Assembly (NCBI GenBank): GCA_019057475.1
Contig: DXJO01000051.1
Span: 1-18,814, forward strand
Direction: 5' to 3'
Source of the DNA: Candidatus Thorarchaeota archaeon
Lineage (GTDB): Archaea > Asgardarchaeota > Thorarchaeia > Thorarchaeales > Thorarchaeaceae
DNA length: 18,814 bases
Shown here: positions 1 to 7,514 of the stretch, piece after piece
Layout of the letters: every line of letters starts with the position of its first letter
Position numbering within the stretch: the first letter of the stretch is position 1
Position numbers and translations under genes: made by a program
The notes under the pieces: generated by a model
Databases searched by the model: none
What the model was told of the DNA's origin: nothing
The model's input: the letters and a program-made list of their open reading frames with translations, nothing else

Positions 1-155
1 ATACGGAAACCCAGGGAGAGTCGACTAGATTGTTCCTCCGATATGTTTGCACGAAGTGTGATGACGCAACTGAGGCTGAAGAGGACAGCGAGAGATACAG
101 GCTCCGCCTATGCAAGAAGTGTTTTGCAGGAGATGTGCCGCGCAACCGGTGCTGA
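1..155 (+). CDS. 3' end of a zinc-ribbon (CxxC...CxxC) protein, truncated by the window edge; not in the ORF track
   Basis: Frame starting at base 3 is open to TGA at 153-155 and reads TETQGESTRLFLRYVCTKCDDATEAEEDSERYRLRLCKKCFAGDVPRNRC*, with two CxxC pairs. Confidence 0.7.
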   Translation, partial: TETQGESTRLFLRYVCTKCDDATEAEEDSERYRLRLCKKCFAGDVPRNRC

Positions 156-199
156 GTTCTGCACATGGAATGTGCTAGCCTACCAAATCACGACTAAGC

Positions 200-208
200 A
201 CTTAAAGC
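200..208 (+). promoter_or_regulatory. Putative archaeal TATA box for the V4R gene
   Basis: CTTAAAG about 40 nt upstream of ATG 247; a similar CTTAAAA lies upstream of the 7515 gene. Confidence 0.35.
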
Positions 209-246
209 CTGCATTCGTTGACTCTCAAGCATTGAGCGAGATTTGA

Positions 247-798
247 ATGTCGAAGCAAGAGGATGTCATACCTTGGTGGCAAGGGTCCCTCGGAAAGAAA
301 CAGCTCATGTCTGCTTTCTTCTCCAAGACATGGAATAAGCTCGGCAATAGAATTACTGCGATGTGTCCAGACCACGCTCGTGACCTCTATTATTCTGCTG
401 GCCGCTTGGCCGGGGTGGAGGCACAAATGGAGTACTTCAAGATTGGAAAACGGAAGCCTCCTAGCCATTTCAAGGGCGTCGTCGAGTTGATAAAGATGGC
501 TCTTGAACGGCTCATCGTTCCTTTTGGTGATATCAAGATTGCTAAGTTACAAAAACTGTGGCAAGACGAAGAGGCAATATTCGAGATCGGGGATAACCCA
601 TATACAGCCGGGCATGAGAGCGAGGAGCCATCCTGCTATTTCCTGAAAGGATTCATTGAGGCTGTCTTCGAGTACATTACAGCCTTCAACCGTACCGAGT
701 ACGAGAAGTTGATGGTAGAAGAGGAGACCTGCATGTCAGCAGGCGGCAAATCCTGCACATTCAAGATCACCCGTGTTTCACCGCGCTGGTTGTCATGA
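247..798 (+). CDS. V4R (4-vinyl reductase) domain protein
   Basis: LYYSAGRLAG helix, PSCYFLKGFIEAVF, and C-terminal VEEETCMSAGGKSCTFKI match the V4R pattern (C...E-x2-C...G...C-x-F). Confidence 0.85.
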   Translation: MSKQEDVIPWWQGSLGKKQLMSAFFSKTWNKLGNRITAMCPDHARDLYYSAGRLAGVEAQMEYFKIGKRKPPSHFKGVVELIKMALERLIVPFGDIKIAKLQKLWQDEEAIFEIGDNPYTAGHESEEPSCYFLKGFIEAVFEYITAFNRTEYEKLMVEEETCMSAGGKSCTFKITRVSPRWLS

Positions 799-816
799 TT
801 CCGTCTGTCGTCACCG

Positions 817-873
817 TTCATTGTAGGTTGAACTAATGATACGCTACTTTAGTACTTAGTTTGTAGCAGGGAA
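817..873. repeat. 57-bp intergenic direct repeat, copy 1
   Basis: TTCATTGTAGGTTGAACTAATGATACGCTACTTTAGTACTTAGTTTGTAGCAGGGAA; ungapped 51/57 match to 3815-3871. Confidence 0.95.
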
Positions 874-1065
874 CCCACAAGACCCTCGAAGAGGGCGTGT
901 CTATTAGAGCACCCCCATGAATCTCATGACCATCCACGACTTATCACTCTAACAACACCCTTACTGACCGTCCTTGACTGCGCGTTCTGCTTCAACATGA
1001 CTCGAGCCGTCCACTGACCGACCAATGTGCCTGACCTCCTTTCTCGTCAGCCCTCTCCCTCTGGA

Positions 1066-1821
1066 CTAACTCTGCAATCTCAGGTCAAGAATATCGCACT
1101 CGACGTTGAACTCTATGTCCGCACGGTTCCTTTGTCGGTTGATGTGGTCATAGAACTCTTCATATGTTCCATAGCCAAACACACTCTCGGATGAGGATCT
1201 GGCTTCGTATTGCCAACCAGTCCTTTCTACCACGTTGAGGTCGGGGGTGTCAAAGTAAACACCTCCAGAGAAGCCATCCGGAACTGAGATGTCTAGAATG
1301 CATTCACCGCATCTGATAGTGCCTCCTATGTTGAAACCAACCTCTTCAGTCACGGTCAGTGTGAGCATACCTGAGGCGAAGTAGTCGAAAGTCTGATTCT
1401 GCGTCAAAACCCCATCATAGATGATACTCGAGTTGCAGTTCCAACACCTGAATACATACACCGAATACGCCGCGGGTCCGACAGTGATATTAAGCGATCT
1501 CACTCTCTGGGTCGTAGAGATGTCCACCCCAGCAGCCTCCGGACCTACGGTAAGCCTGTCAAACGGGTCAGCACTCCAAATTGGAACCGGGTTGTAATAC
1601 TCAATATCCATCGAGTACAAGAGTGCAGGGTCCTCACTGAACAGGATTGTGAGGTTACAGTCGCTAATTTCATGTAACAGAAGCTGGAATTTGGAAATCC
1701 CAACTGAGATTGGTTTCTCAAAATAGTATCTGGTGTCTGCCATTAAAATGACCACTCCCACTGCAGCCATGCTCACCAGCACTACTCCAGTCACGGCAAT
1801 TGCAGCAGTCCTTCGTTTCAT
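1066..1821 (-). CDS. N-terminally membrane-anchored/secreted hypothetical protein (beta-rich ectodomain)
   Basis: MKRR followed by a hydrophobic helix, then a 220-aa acidic beta-strand-like region with N-x-S/T sequons. Confidence 0.8.
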   Translation of the reverse strand: MKRRTAAIAVTGVVLVSMAAVGVVILMADTRYYFEKPISVGISKFQLLLHEISDCNLTILFSEDPALLYSMDIEYYNPVPIWSADPFDRLTVGPEAAGVDISTTQRVRSLNITVGPAAYSVYVFRCWNCNSSIIYDGVLTQNQTFDYFASGMLTLTVTEEVGFNIGGTIRCGECILDISVPDGFSGGVYFDTPDLNVVERTGWQYEARSSSESVFGYGTYEEFYDHINRQRNRADIEFNVECDILDLRLQS

Positions 1822-1889
1822 CCAGGCATCACACTACTTCTCTGCAACTGGAATCGATCGACTATCGTTCGCAGTCCAGCATCATTAGG

Positions 1890-2123
1890 ATGGAAGAACT
1901 TGCTGTTCAACTTTTCCCTTCATCTTCTTGCTCTAGTACCTACGGCGGTCTTGTGTTTGGAGTATGCGCCTTCATGCTCTTTGCAAGTGTGGGTCATCAC
2001 TACTTCCTAAGAATAGTCGAGGCCAAATGGCGTAAGAGAAGAAGACGGCGCAAGACGAAGATTGTGCTCAACCCTGAAGAGAGAGAGCTTCGGCAGTGGG
2101 CAACAAGAAAGATTGACGATTAA
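1890..2123 (+). CDS. Small single-TM membrane protein with basic cytoplasmic tail
   Basis: From ATG 1890: hydrophobic GGLVFGVCAFMLFASV segment followed by KWRKRRRRRK (positive-inside pattern). The start and whether the gene is complete are uncertain. Confidence 0.5.
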   Translation: MEELAVQLFPSSSCSSTYGGLVFGVCAFMLFASVGHHYFLRIVEAKWRKRRRRRKTKIVLNPEERELRQWATRKIDD

Positions 2124-2159
2124 GACTTTAGAGCGTAGGTCGCATCGACCGCGCGGAGT

Positions 2160-2230
2160 TGAAAAAACAAAATGAATGAAACCGATAACGAAAGAAAATG
2201 CGTGGGAGGATGAGCTAATCACATCCTCCC
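2160..2230 (-). terminator. Hairpin plus T-rich tract downstream of the 2239 gene
   Basis: Perfect 9-bp inverted repeat GGGAGGATG (2204-2212) / CATCCTCCC (2222-2230), followed on the minus strand by TTTTCTTT...TTTTGTTTTTT. Confidence 0.6.
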
Positions 2231-2238
2231 TTGATTGA

Positions 2239-3174
2239 TCACCAGAACTCCTGGGAAACAACTCCTGATCTAGATTCAAGGTCCTTGTAAAGCACTGCTG
2301 CAAAGACATAGTTAATTGCGCTGAAGAGGAGCGAACTGATGAGTACCGAAACGTACAACACGAGGGCTGGGTCATAGAAAACAAGAGGAACTAGCAGCCA
2401 CTCGAGCACTAATGCGATGACTACCAACGGGATGACCAGTAGAATCTGGCCGCCGAAGATGTGCCAGAAGTTACCTGTTGTCAGCTCCCATGCCCTCTTC
2501 ACCGAATCGATTGCACCCAAGTCCTCAGCGACAACGACTGCGCTAGTAGGACTCAGTCTTATACTGAAGTAGAGAGCCACGATAAGTCCAATCCAGATGA
2601 GAGGAAGGGCCATCAGTGTCATGATTAGGGCGGAAGAATCAACGGAAAACAAAGCATAAAAAAGGAAATACGTACCAGGGGCCGACGATCCGGAGACAAT
2701 CAATGCAAGAAGAAACTGCGCTACAATCATAGTAGATAACCTACTGAATGCAAACGAGAGACTTGTTCCCACATCAGCTTGGTGAGAGCCATAGTCATCA
2801 AGTGCGAATTTAATGCCGCCTCCAGCAAGCACAGCATTTACAACCATGCCCACGACAGTTAGCACAATTGCGATGATGATTATCTCAATAGCCATGGCTG
2901 TTGGAGCGGTAACGAATAATCCCATCAATGTGTTGATAATGTCTGCGCCTACGTAAATCAATAGGTCGAATGCAAGCGTACCGTAAAGCGCATAGAACAC
3001 CGCGAGTTGAAGCAGACTGAATGTAACTCCAATGAGGCCAACAATCAGAATATAGCTCGGTAGCTTCCGCACCCATACTTTCAACGTTCTCGTTACAAGG
3101 CCCAATGCGCTAACCATGAAGTCTTGTTCGGGGGGTGCAGAGGGCTCAAGTCCTAGTCCATCGTCGATTTCCAT
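2239..3174 (-). CDS. Multi-pass membrane protein resembling the GPDPase-membrane/DUF975-like family
   Basis: About 6-7 TM helices with the family-like motifs LSPTSAVVVAEDLGAIDSVKRAWELTTGNFWHIFG and AVLYKDLE. Start moved to ATG 3174 (MEIDD), which has GAAGGA upstream and TTATAA at 3215-3220. Confidence 0.8.
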   Translation of the reverse strand: MEIDDGLGLEPSAPPEQDFMVSALGLVTRTLKVWVRKLPSYILIVGLIGVTFSLLQLAVFYALYGTLAFDLLIYVGADIINTLMGLFVTAPTAMAIEIIIIAIVLTVVGMVVNAVLAGGGIKFALDDYGSHQADVGTSLSFAFSRLSTMIVAQFLLALIVSGSSAPGTYFLFYALFSVDSSALIMTLMALPLIWIGLIVALYFSIRLSPTSAVVVAEDLGAIDSVKRAWELTTGNFWHIFGGQILLVIPLVVIALVLEWLLVPLVFYDPALVLYVSVLISSLLFSAINYVFAAVLYKDLESRSGVVSQEFW

Positions 3175-3267
3175 CAATAGTCCTTCTAAGTGATTTTGAT
3201 GCCGAGGTGTAATCTTATAATATCTCCGCACTGAGTAGGGCAGAGGGGCGGAGTACGCGACAAGCAA

Positions 3268-3541
3268 TCATGCAGGTTTCGGCCGGGCGTCGAAGATCTC
3301 CATGAATTTCATGCCTCTTGCCTTTTCAAGAAGCTCCTCGAAGGCAATGATGACAACTTTCGGAGTGATTTCTGTGCTCTTCTTCGTGATGGAGGCGCCC
3401 CTCATGAATCAATGAGGTGAGGTCTGAATTGACGGCAGCCTTTGGAGCTACATGGAGGTTTAGCACGTCCATGCTATACGGATCATTCATGTCCTTCTTT
3501 GCCACCTCTATCTGGATGAGTTTGTGCGCTGTATCACGCTC
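3268..3541 (-). pseudogene. Frameshifted, 5'-truncated gene remnant of unknown family
   Basis: ERDTAHKLIQIEVAKKDMNDPYSMDVLNLHVAPKAAVNSDLTSLIHEG joins ASITKKSTEITPKVVIIAFEELLEKARGMKFMEIFDARPKPA* if one base is removed from the C4 run at 3398-3401. An in-frame TGA lies just upstream. Confidence 0.45.
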
Positions 3542-3559
3542 TCAAAAGATAAGAGAATG

Positions 3560-3776
3560 AAGTGAGCAGGAAACAAGAGTTTCGCGATTGGCTTCAGGGC
3601 CAGAAGGAAGGAAGATTGAACTTTTTGTGCCCTCTTATGCTCGTCCAGCTAATACCTGCAGACACAAACTCCTATCAAAAACAACGAGTTCTTATCCCTT
3701 GGTGATTGAGATACAGACAACTTTTCCAGTGGTGAACAGACTTATTATACAACTCTTACGAGTTTTCGAGATTCAT
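3560..3776 (-). pseudogene. Possible heavily degraded TPR-like gene
   Basis: ATG 3776 lies about 22 nt after a minus-strand TTTTATA (3798-3804). Broken frames give MNLENS*ELYNKSVHHWK and SQSPRDKNSLFLIGVCVCRY*LDEHKRAQKV, which resemble a TPR by eye only. Confidence 0.2.
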
Positions 3777-3814
3777 CAGGCGGAGAATTGTGAACTGTAT
3801 AAAATCGTGTGCAA

Positions 3815-3871
3815 TTCATTGTAGGTTGGACTAATGATATGCTTCTTTACTACTTAGTTTGTGGTAGGGAA
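3815..3871. repeat. 57-bp intergenic direct repeat, copy 2
   Basis: TTCATTGTAGGTTGGACTAATGATATGCTTCTTTACTACTTAGTTTGTGGTAGGGAA; 6 substitutions relative to 817-873, same orientation. Confidence 0.95.
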
Positions 3872-4072
3872 GGAGTGAGGGGGCTACCACTGGGAGGGAT
3901 GTGGGGGGCTTCGGTTGATGAAACGCCAAGAGGAGGTCTATGCCAAGCATCAAGACGAACAACGAGGTATGCCGTGAAGGTGTATTGTTCTCCCTCACCT
4001 AGGCGAGTCTAGAATCTGGAGTTAAGGGGGACCGGGTCAATCATGTGAATAATACAGTTGCCAGTGGAGATC

Positions 4073-4690
4073 CTAATCCAGTCGCCAGGTGTTCTTAGGT
4101 TGATCTGAAGGCCTCAATCTTGTCCAGAGAAGATACAATCCAAGAGGGAATATAACAACAAGAACTGGCCCGACCAAGAACCAAGGGAACTCTGATGCAT
4201 CAACAAGATTTGGCCGGCTGTAGAGAATCATTAAGGGGTACACCGATGACACGGACATATTGCCAAGGGTATCATTCGCAAAGAGCTGGACATCAAACAA
4301 GGTTTCCGTTTGGCTGACGTTGACTGTGAACCGACCATGGTAGGTGTTTCCCTCGCCTGGTGGTAGTAGACTCATTGATCGATTCGTCCAGCTAGTTTCA
4401 TTAGCACGCTTATAGCTCAACCAGACCGCGTCCACGCCATCAGGATCGTAGACATCTACATCTACTGATGGAGTGCACTGACTGTAAAATGTGGCCGTCC
4501 GGCGTGTACTATAATTTCCAAATACTGGTCCTTCGCTTGAATCCGAAACAAATGTACTCTGGCAATCATTCAGGTCTGGCATGTCACACACGACGAGTGT
4601 CTGTGGGATTACTAGAAGAATGAACACTAGAAAGACTATGCGACCATTCAAACAGTCACAACAGAGTCTGAAGGAGTACTTTGTCATCAT
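4073..4690 (-). CDS. Cell-surface protein: signal/TM, Ig-like beta-sandwich, C-terminal TM anchor
   Basis: Motifs GPVF, DPDGVDAVWLSY, WTNRSM and FANDTLGN, with C-terminal anchor FPWFLVGPVLVVIFPLGLYLLW-RLR. ATG-ATG at 4690/4687 follows the stop at 4693. Confidence 0.85.
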   Translation of the reverse strand: MMTKYSFRLCCDCLNGRIVFLVFILLVIPQTLVVCDMPDLNDCQSTFVSDSSEGPVFGNYSTRRTATFYSQCTPSVDVDVYDPDGVDAVWLSYKRANETSWTNRSMSLLPPGEGNTYHGRFTVNVSQTETLFDVQLFANDTLGNMSVSSVYPLMILYSRPNLVDASEFPWFLVGPVLVVIFPLGLYLLWTRLRPSDQPKNTWRLD

Positions 4691-4692
4691 AG

Positions 4693-5004
4693 CTACCAGC
4701 TGTTCCAACTGTACCTGAACGTGATTAAGGTCGGATGAAGCTGAAGTTCCTGCTCCCAGTCAGCCGACCAAGCATCACGAAATCCCAGCAGTAGATATAC
4801 TGTTGAATCGGTGAGATATGTGTTTCTCATCCCATTCTGTACTGCCCATTGTCCGTGGCAGCAAAACCATCCGGTTGAGGGTGATGCCGCTTCGAACCAA
4901 GCGAAATAATACTGTGAAGGAGATGAGGATCTACTGGAAATGATAACCATTCTGACATTATCTACGGATGATGCTGTTGCTTCACTATTGCAAGACCACG
5001 AGGT
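4693..5004 (-). pseudogene. C-terminal fragment of a probable extracellular protein (5' part missing)
   Basis: Frame is open from 5004 (after TAA) to a stop 2 nt before the next ATG, an operon-like spacing. It is W/Y/S-rich and beta-like (VDNVRMVIISSRSSSPSQYYFAWFE...TVYLLLGFRDAWSADWEQ) with no signal peptide or promoter space. Confidence 0.45.
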
Positions 5005-5007
5005 TTA

Positions 5008-5598
5008 ATGGAGAGTCACACATATTCTAGAATGGTGGATGTGATGGCAAGGATCTCCTTGTTGAGGATGACCGTTCTCACTTGGGTCATCCTGATGTGT
5101 GTCTCTCCTATGTGGACCAAAGAGCCACAATACTTTCTCAGGTCCTGCCATGCACTGAGCAACGGTCAGGGACCCATATTTTTAAGCTATGTAGATTCCT
5201 ATGCAGATGGATTCTCTCCTGAAACCATTATCACCTTCACAGTTGAAGATCCAGATGGAGTCGAAACTGTCATAGCCTCATACAGAAACCGGACTGAGGA
5301 TCAATGGTCTAACATCACCATGCAGGACATGGATGAGAACTCAACAAGGTCTCGTTATGCGGCCTACCTTCATATCGAAGTCCCTGAACCCGGAGTCTAT
5401 ATCTGGGATATCCGGTACGTGGCCAACGACACACTCGGTTATAGTAGTGTTTCTGATGTCATTCAGCACTCTTACGCATGGAACTGACCGGACCCCGACC
5501 CGACTCCCGTAATCATGCTGGCCTTCATTGGAGTGGGAATATTGATGGTGGTAATTGGTGTTGTTATGAAACGAGGTGTGTTGCGGCCCAAGAGTTGA
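5008..5598 (+). CDS. Cell-surface protein paralogous to 4073-4690, interrupted by an in-frame TGA at 5485-5487 (readthrough or pseudogene)
   Basis: Shares GPIF, DPDGVETVIASY, WSNITM and VANDTLG with the paralog. The same frame continues past TGA as PDPDPTPVIMLAFIGVGILMVVIGVVMKRGVLRPKS* (linker, TM, basic tail). The start may be ATG 5044. Confidence 0.8.
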
Positions 5599-5604
5599 CA
5601 AAAA

Positions 5605-5640
5605 CAAGAGGACTAGTCTGCATGCGCTGGACTGCTCTTG
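5605..5640. terminator. Stem-loop between convergent genes
   Basis: Outer stem CAAGAG (5605-5610) / CTCTTG (5635-5640) and inner stem AGTC/GACT, between the stops at 5598 (+) and 5662 (-). Confidence 0.4.
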
Positions 5641-5661
5641 GAACCTCTGGGCTTTAATGTA

Positions 5662-6000
5662 CTACTCAAGTCTGCTGATTCGACGCGCGATGCCCGAAAC
5701 TAGGGCCAATCCAAGAAACAAGCCCGTCAACAATGGCCCCAGGAACACCCCACACGTAATGATCGGGGGGACGATCCCGGGCGAGTCCAATGAAATGCAC
5801 CATGCAAAAGCATTCCCCCATACAATGATGAATAGGGCGACTCCGAAGGCAAGAGTGGAAACTGAAGCAAGGTCGAAACCGTTGTGCTGCATTTTTCGTT
5901 TTAGGAATCCAACGGGTATGCCAATGGTGCAAGCTGTCATTACTGCTAGTGCCAGAATCATGGCAAGCAGTGCTGGAAGTACGATAGTCGTCACAACCAC
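5662..6000 (-). CDS. Small 3-TM membrane protein, possibly frameshifted near its 5' end
   Basis: Three hydrophobic segments separated by basic loops. An upstream ATG at 6028 (MTYLHKVSM) is out of frame across a TGTGTG run. Confidence 0.6.
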   Translation of the reverse strand: MVVTTIVLPALLAMILALAVMTACTIGIPVGFLKRKMQHNGFDLASVSTLAFGVALFIIVWGNAFAWCISLDSPGIVPPIITCGVFLGPLLTGLFLGLALVSGIARRISRLE

Positions 6001-6208
6001 ACATACTGACCTTGTGAAGATATGTCATTTGTGCCGCAGACGTCAGCCTTCTGCACACGCGGCGGCAGCAGGGTGATGTGTGCAAGAACATGCGGGGGAA
6101 ATCGACCCAGTTAGCTTCTTCGCGGCTTGCAGTCCGACATTCTATACAATCTCCACTGGCCCGTGACGTTGAAGCTTGTCAAACCTAATATGCTCACAAT
6201 GAGTAGCT

Positions 6209-7282
6209 ATGAGGGATGTGGCGAAGGTGTCATCGAATCAGACAGCAAAGATATTCGTCGCAGTAATCATGGTCATGGCAATTGCATCCGTCGTCTTCCT
6301 AATGACAGTCCTTGACGACACGCCGCCCGGGGGTGACACGACAACGATTGAGGGGGACACATATACGCAACATCCTCCTATCACTCTCAGGAGCAACACT
6401 GAATTTGCAAATCAGGCCGCTGAAGAAGGCTGGGAAGGTAATGGCACATCAAGCAACCCGTATCTGATTGAGAATCTCTGGATTAGAAGCGATGCAGAAT
6501 GCTTAGACATCTCAGATACCACAGTCCACTTCGTCGTAAGGAACTGCTTCTTGAGTTCCACACCTGAGTTGAGTGCAGACTGTGCGGCTATTTCGATATG
6601 CAATTCTTCGAATGCGCATCTGGAATCATGTATTGTACACTCTAATGATGATGGTATGCAGTTTTTCCTCTCCCGTGAATGTACTATCCATAACTGTACC
6701 ATCGAAGCATTATGTGCTGGTGTAAACGCCACGGAATCTCACGATCTCCGTTTTGAGAACAGCGACATACGCAACTGTACCTATGGTGCTACTATCATTG
6801 GCAGCCCGGGTGTTAATCTCTCCCAAAACAGGGTCTGTCACAACGAATGGGGTGTGCTAGCACAGTTCTCTGACTCCTGCACGTTGTGGAACAACACCAT
6901 CTCAGAGAATCAGGAAGGAGTTGACCTGCAAATCCTTTGCGCAAACTGGTCTATCCGAAACAATACAGTGTTGAACAACACGGGTGTAGGCATTAGGCTT
7001 GGTGAACAGACGGGAAACATCTCATTGGTTTGCAATCGCCTTGGTTGGAATGAAATGAGCAATGCTATAGATGATGGACTAGACAACAAATGGGATGATG
7101 GAGTGAATCAGGGCAACTACTGGAGCGACTATGATAGCACCGGAGTCCACCTAGTCCCGGGATCAGCTGGGAGTGTAGACCATTATCCTCTTCTTCTGGA
7201 AGAATCCAATGACACCACTGTTTCGGCAGCTTGGCTTCAGTCGCTCAAAGCCGGCAAACACTGGCACGATACCAGTACATGA
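6209..7282 (+). CDS. Membrane-anchored right-handed parallel beta-helix (NosD/PbH1-like) surface protein
   Basis: N-terminal TM, GNGTSSNPYLIENLWI cap, repeated NNTISEN/NNTVLNN rungs, and the C-terminal cap GNYWSDY...DHYPL. Confidence 0.9.
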   Translation: MRDVAKVSSNQTAKIFVAVIMVMAIASVVFLMTVLDDTPPGGDTTTIEGDTYTQHPPITLRSNTEFANQAAEEGWEGNGTSSNPYLIENLWIRSDAECLDISDTTVHFVVRNCFLSSTPELSADCAAISICNSSNAHLESCIVHSNDDGMQFFLSRECTIHNCTIEALCAGVNATESHDLRFENSDIRNCTYGATIIGSPGVNLSQNRVCHNEWGVLAQFSDSCTLWNNTISENQEGVDLQILCANWSIRNNTVLNNTGVGIRLGEQTGNISLVCNRLGWNEMSNAIDDGLDNKWDDGVNQGNYWSDYDSTGVHLVPGSAGSVDHYPLLLEESNDTTVSAAWLQSLKAGKHWHDTST

Positions 7283-7514
7283 TGTGTCACGATGGATGAG
7301 GCTGGCAATCAAACCAGATGTGCCATCTTCTTCCTTGACTCACACGCATGTGTCACCGAATCTAGAAACTGTGCTGACTCATTAGTTCTGACTTCTATCC
7401 ACGTATTTGTATCCTGACGCTGCCTGAAAACTGTACTAGGCAGAGAAAAGACTGCTTAAAACGTAGAATCAAATACGCTTCGGGTGCAGGTATAGGGCAG
7501 TAGCGTGTTCCACA

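Noticed and set aside
43-246. 67-aa ORF in the track
   Set aside because: It is a shadow of the zinc-ribbon frame and runs over the likely promoter of the V4R gene.
817-873. Repeat as a CRISPR repeat, hammerhead ribozyme or box C/D RNA
   Set aside because: There are only two copies 3 kb apart. CTAATGA deviates from CUGANGA, with no GAAA core and no CUGA D box.
817-3871. 57-bp repeat pair as a DGR template/variable repeat
   Set aside because: The mismatches (A/G, C/T, A/T, G/C, A/G, C/T) are not confined to adenines on either strand, neither copy is in a gene, and no reverse transcriptase is present.
3588-4012. ORFs 3588-3824 and 3809-4012
   Set aside because: They have non-ATG starts and no motifs, and they cross the non-coding repeat, whose other copy is not in a matching ORF.
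5485-5487. Genome-wide TGA reassignment
   Set aside because: TGA is a normal stop for other genes here, for example at 796-798 and at the permease stop overlapping the next start (12830-12832).
7379-7388. TCATTAGTTC, a 10-bp inverted match to the repeat core
   Set aside because: The flanks do not extend the match, so it is compatible with chance.
7283-7455. Short minus-strand open frame (...QDTNTWIEVRTNESAQFLDSVTHACESRKKMAHLV*)
   Set aside because: No start codon or recognisable motif; it cannot be distinguished from intergenic DNA without a search.
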